Shown here piece by piece: positions 51,377-54,872 of a DNA stretch of 54,872 bases (within the stretch, counting starts at the first letter, position 1; each line of letters begins with the position of its first letter). Made by a program: the position numbers and the translations under genes. The notes under the pieces are model-generated. The model made no database searches, was not told where the DNA came from, and saw nothing but the letters and a program-made list of their open reading frames with translations. This stretch comes from Sphingomonadaceae bacterium (GTDB lineage Bacteria > Pseudomonadota > Alphaproteobacteria > Sphingomonadales > Sphingomonadaceae). The stretch spans positions 1 to 54,872 of the forward strand of contig CANGQZ010000001.1 of assembly GCA_947455865.1 (NCBI GenBank). Reading direction: 5' to 3'.

Positions 51377-52537
51377 ATGTCCCTTGCTCTGCCGCTGGCC
51401 GGCATCCGCATCATCGAGATAGCGGGGATCGGTCCGGGTCCGTTCTGCGGCATGATGCTCGCAGATCACGGTGCCGAGGTTATCCGGATCGATCGGGCCG
51501 GCGGCCTGCAGGGCGGCGTCCCGATCGATGGTGGCCGTGATATCCTGCTGCGCTCGAGGCGGACGATTTCGCTCGATCTCAAGTCTCCGGCAGGGATCGA
51601 GATCGTGCAGCGGTTGGTGGCATCGGTCGGCGGCCTGATCGAGGGGTTTCGTCCGGGCGTGATGGAACGGCTGGGGCTTGGCCCGGAGGCGCTGCTGACG
51701 ATCAATCCCGGGCTGGTTTACGGGCGGATGACAGGTTGGGGGCAGGACGGTCCATTGGCTGACGTCCCCGGACACGACATCAACTATATCGCGCTCACCG
51801 GCGCGCTCGATGCCATTGGTCCGCGCGACGGGGCGCCGGTGCCGCCGCTGAATCTGATCGGCGATTATGCGGGCGGCGGGCTGATGCTGGCCTTTGGCAT
51901 GGTCTCGGCGCTGCTGGCGGTACGGCGCGGCGCGCCGGGCCGGGTGGTCGATTGCGCGATGGTCGATGGAGCCTCGACCCTAATGGCGGGCATCTGGAGT
52001 CTGGTCAGCAACGGCTGGTGGGAGGGCGGACGCGGTACCGGCCTGCTCGACGGCGGGGCCCCCTTCTACGACACTTACCCGACGGCGGACGGCACCTATG
52101 TCGCAATCGGCGCAATCGAGGCCAAGTTCTTCGCGCGGTTGATCGAACTGCTGGAGTTGGCAGAGGACCCGGACTTTGCCGAGCAATACGACCGTTCCCG
52201 TTGGGACGCGATGCGCGCCAAGTTCCGTGCGTGCTTCCTGAGCCATTCGCAGGATCACTGGTTGGCCCTGCTCGGCGATGAAGATGTGTGTTTCGCACCG
52301 GTCTTGCCGATGACGCAGGCGCCAGATCATCCCCACAACCAGGCTCGGAAGAACTTTCTGGAAGTTGGCGGCATCACCCAGCCCGGCGCCGCGCCGCGCT
52401 ATTCCGGAACGGAGCCGGTGCTGCCGTGGATGTGGCGGCAGGATGCAGACAAGGACGCGTTGCTGCGCGAACTGGGCTTCGATGCGGCCGATACAGACCG
52501 GTTGCAGCGCGAGGGCGCTTTCGGGTCGCCGGACTGA
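51377..52537 (+). CDS. CaiB/BaiF family III CoA-transferase / alpha-methylacyl-CoA racemase
   Basis: GIGPGPFCGM, EGFRPGVMERLGLGP, GHDINY, GDYAGG. Confidence 0.9.
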   Translation: MSLALPLAGIRIIEIAGIGPGPFCGMMLADHGAEVIRIDRAGGLQGGVPIDGGRDILLRSRRTISLDLKSPAGIEIVQRLVASVGGLIEGFRPGVMERLGLGPEALLTINPGLVYGRMTGWGQDGPLADVPGHDINYIALTGALDAIGPRDGAPVPPLNLIGDYAGGGLMLAFGMVSALLAVRRGAPGRVVDCAMVDGASTLMAGIWSLVSNGWWEGGRGTGLLDGGAPFYDTYPTADGTYVAIGAIEAKFFARLIELLELAEDPDFAEQYDRSRWDAMRAKFRACFLSHSQDHWLALLGDEDVCFAPVLPMTQAPDHPHNQARKNFLEVGGITQPGAAPRYSGTEPVLPWMWRQDADKDALLRELGFDAADTDRLQREGAFGSPD

Positions 52538-52563
52538 CCGGCCCCTAGCGTGCCAAGGGAGAG

Positions 52564-54465
52564 ATGATGTTCGGACGTTTTGGGGCTGCCGTCGGGGCGT
52601 TGCTGGTGCTCGCGCTCACGCCGGGTGCGGCGCTCTCGGGCACGGCGGACGGGGCACCGCCGCCCCATGCCAAATCGCACGAATCGATGAATGCCCACAT
52701 CGGCACCACCATCGATCCCGCAACCCATCCGGGCCGCGCCATTTATGCCCAGCACTGTGCGATGTGCCACGAAGGCACGGTAGCCAAGGCCCCGTCGCCC
52801 CATTTTCTGGCGATGATGGCGCCCGATGCTGTGCTTGCCGCGTTGAACGACGGGGTGATGAAGCAGCAGGGGGCGATGCTAGCGTCGTCCGAACGCGGGC
52901 TTGTCGCCGAGTATCTTACTCGCACCAGCCTCGCCGATTACCATCCGCCCGCCGCGCCCGCGGCGTGCAAATCGGCTTTGATCGATTTTGCGCACGCCCA
53001 GCCGCCCGCCCGCGCGGGCTGGGGGCACGACAACCGGCGCTTTGTTTCCGCCGATGCTGCCGGACTCTCCGGCGCAGACGTTGCCGCGCTCAAACTGAAA
53101 TGGGCCTTCGCCTTCCCGGCCAGCGTCAGGGCTCGCTCGCAGCCGGCAATCGGCTGGGGCACGCTGTTCGTCGGCAGTCAGGACGGCACTGTGTATGCTT
53201 TCGAACTGGCCAGCGGCTGCCTGAAATGGCGGACGCGGGTCAGCGCCGAAGTGCGCACGGCTATCGTGCTCGATCCGGACCAGCGGCGGCTCTATTTCGG
53301 CGACTTGCTCGGCCGGGTCCACGCGGCTGACGCGGCGACCGGGCGGCTGCTGTGGTCTATCAAGGCTGATGATCATCCTTCGGTGACGATCACCGGTACG
53401 CCCACGTTGGCCAGTGGCCGCTTGTTCGTTCCAGTCTCCTCGCTGGAAGTGGTCTCGGCCGGCGATCCCAAATATGCCTGCTGCACGTTCCAGGGCTCGG
53501 TTCTGGCGCTCGATCCAGCGAGCGGAGCGCAGTTGTGGCGGGCTCGCACCGTTCCCGGTGCGCCTGCGCCGCACGGCACCACCACCAGCGGCGCGCAAGT
53601 GCTGGGCCCGTCCGGCGCGCCGGTCTGGAACAGCCCGTCGTGGGATGCTGGACGCGGTGCGCTTTATTTCGGCTCGGGCGAGAATTTCTCCTCGCCGGCC
53701 GACGGCAATTCAGACGCGGTCTTTGCTGTCGACGCGGCATCTGGCGCGCGGCGGTGGGTGACGCAGTTGACCACCGGCGATGCGTGGAACGTCGGGTGCA
53801 TGATCGATAACGGCAATTGCCCGGCGGAACACGGCCCCGACTATGACGTGGCGGCATCGGTACTGCTGGTGCCAACGGCAGAATATGGCGATGTGCTGGT
53901 GGCAGGGCAGAAGTCCGGGCTGGTCTTTGGGCTCGATCCGGTCACCGGCCAGATCCTCTGGCAGGTTCGGCTCGGTCACGGCGGTACGCAGGGCGGGGTG
54001 CATTTCGGCATGGCCGCCGAGGGCCAGCATGTGTTCGTCGGGATCAACGATATGGCCGATACCGGCGATGGCCGGATTTATGATCCCGCGCTGCGCGGTG
54101 CCGGCCTCCATGCGCTCGATGCTGCGACGGGGCGGGTGCTGTGGCGCGCTCTGGCGCAGCCGCGTGACTGCGGTGGCCGGGACTATTGCGATCCCGGTAT
54201 TTCAGCCGCGGTTACCGCGCTGCCCGGCGTGGTGATCGCCGGCCGGCTGGATGGATTGCTGCAAGCCTACGATGCGGCGAACGGCAAAGTGATCTGGAGC
54301 TTCGACACACTACAGCAAGTCAGCACGATCACCGGCAAGACGGCGGCAGGCGGCGCGATCAGTGGCCCGGGGGTGGCAATCGGCGAAGGCTATCTGGTCA
54401 CCAACACCGGTTATGGCATGTACAAGCACATGGCGGGGGCGCTTCTGCTGGTGTTCGGTCGCTAA
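52564..54465 (+). CDS. Periplasmic quinohaemoprotein dehydrogenase, polyvinyl-alcohol-dehydrogenase-like
   Basis: Signal peptide, N-terminal CAMCH haem site, LKWAF and PQQ beta-propeller repeats, CCTFQGS, GAPVW. Confidence 0.85.
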   Translation: MMFGRFGAAVGALLVLALTPGAALSGTADGAPPPHAKSHESMNAHIGTTIDPATHPGRAIYAQHCAMCHEGTVAKAPSPHFLAMMAPDAVLAALNDGVMKQQGAMLASSERGLVAEYLTRTSLADYHPPAAPAACKSALIDFAHAQPPARAGWGHDNRRFVSADAAGLSGADVAALKLKWAFAFPASVRARSQPAIGWGTLFVGSQDGTVYAFELASGCLKWRTRVSAEVRTAIVLDPDQRRLYFGDLLGRVHAADAATGRLLWSIKADDHPSVTITGTPTLASGRLFVPVSSLEVVSAGDPKYACCTFQGSVLALDPASGAQLWRARTVPGAPAPHGTTTSGAQVLGPSGAPVWNSPSWDAGRGALYFGSGENFSSPADGNSDAVFAVDAASGARRWVTQLTTGDAWNVGCMIDNGNCPAEHGPDYDVAASVLLVPTAEYGDVLVAGQKSGLVFGLDPVTGQILWQVRLGHGGTQGGVHFGMAAEGQHVFVGINDMADTGDGRIYDPALRGAGLHALDAATGRVLWRALAQPRDCGGRDYCDPGISAAVTALPGVVIAGRLDGLLQAYDAANGKVIWSFDTLQQVSTITGKTAAGGAISGPGVAIGEGYLVTNTGYGMYKHMAGALLLVFGR

Positions 54466-54572
54466 CGGGTCCGGCCCACCCGGCCGCAGCAATCTAATCG
54501 TTCGAATGTTCTGCGCCAACCGCTGGCATTCGCCGGCGAAAGCGGTCAGACTGCGATGCGGAGAGGTGCACC

Positions 54573-54872
54573 ATGTTCAAGATCATTTATGCCGAAGCCC
54601 GGCTGCCCGCGCTGTCGTTCGTCGGCTTTGTGCGGCGCTGGCGTCTTCATGCCGCACGGGCCATGGAAGACAGCGTGTTCTGGGACCCGATGGCGGTCTA
54701 CCTGCAGAACGATGCCGTGCTGGGCATCGACGGCACGGATCCTTACTATGACTGTGTGGGCGAACTGATTTATCCCACTTTGGCCGCAGTCGAAGCTTCG
54801 CTTGCCACACCCGGGCTGGACGAGATTCTTGCCGACGGCGATGGCTGCTTTGCCCGCACCGGGCAGATTCAC
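54573..54872 (+). CDS. EthD-like protein; runs off the window end
   Basis: Manual translation MFKIIYAEARLPALSFVGFVRRWRLHA...YLQN...YDCVGEL; RBS GAGGTG. Confidence 0.6.
   Translation, partial: MFKIIYAEARLPALSFVGFVRRWRLHAARAMEDSVFWDPMAVYLQNDAVLGIDGTDPYYDCVGELIYPTLAAVEASLATPGLDEILADGDGCFARTGQIH

Overview
GC-rich alphaproteobacterial chromosome segment; gene content and motifs suggest a sphingomonad such as Novosphingobium (inference). From left to right it holds: a carotenoid operon (crtY-crtI-LOG); a truncated HD-GYP gene; a TPP riboswitch with thiC; a cystatin-like protein; housekeeping and stress genes; a dispersed sucrose-type regulon (TonB receptor, MFS, cytoplasmic GH68, ROK kinase, LacI) tied together by three identical 14-bp operators; a plcP-agt-like lipid-remodelling pair with Pho-box-like repeats; a decayed flagellar remnant (flhB, fliD pseudogene, fliS); a hemN pseudogene; and a ~16-kb TetR-associated catabolic island (38890-end). 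The best candidate for an undescribed system is this island. One operon carries a LinX-like SDR, an ACAD10/11(LvaC)-type acyl-CoA dehydrogenase and a LinA (HCH dehydrochlorinase)-like protein with the Asp-His dyad intact. The divergent operon carries a TonB receptor, SDR, APH-type kinase and acyl-CoA ligase (lva-like 4-hydroxyacyl-CoA chemistry). This may be a natural, IS-free context of the lindane-degradation genes linA/linX. All similarity statements come from motifs and sequences recalled and compared by eye; no database search was run. No rRNA, tRNA, CRISPR array or transposase was recognised.
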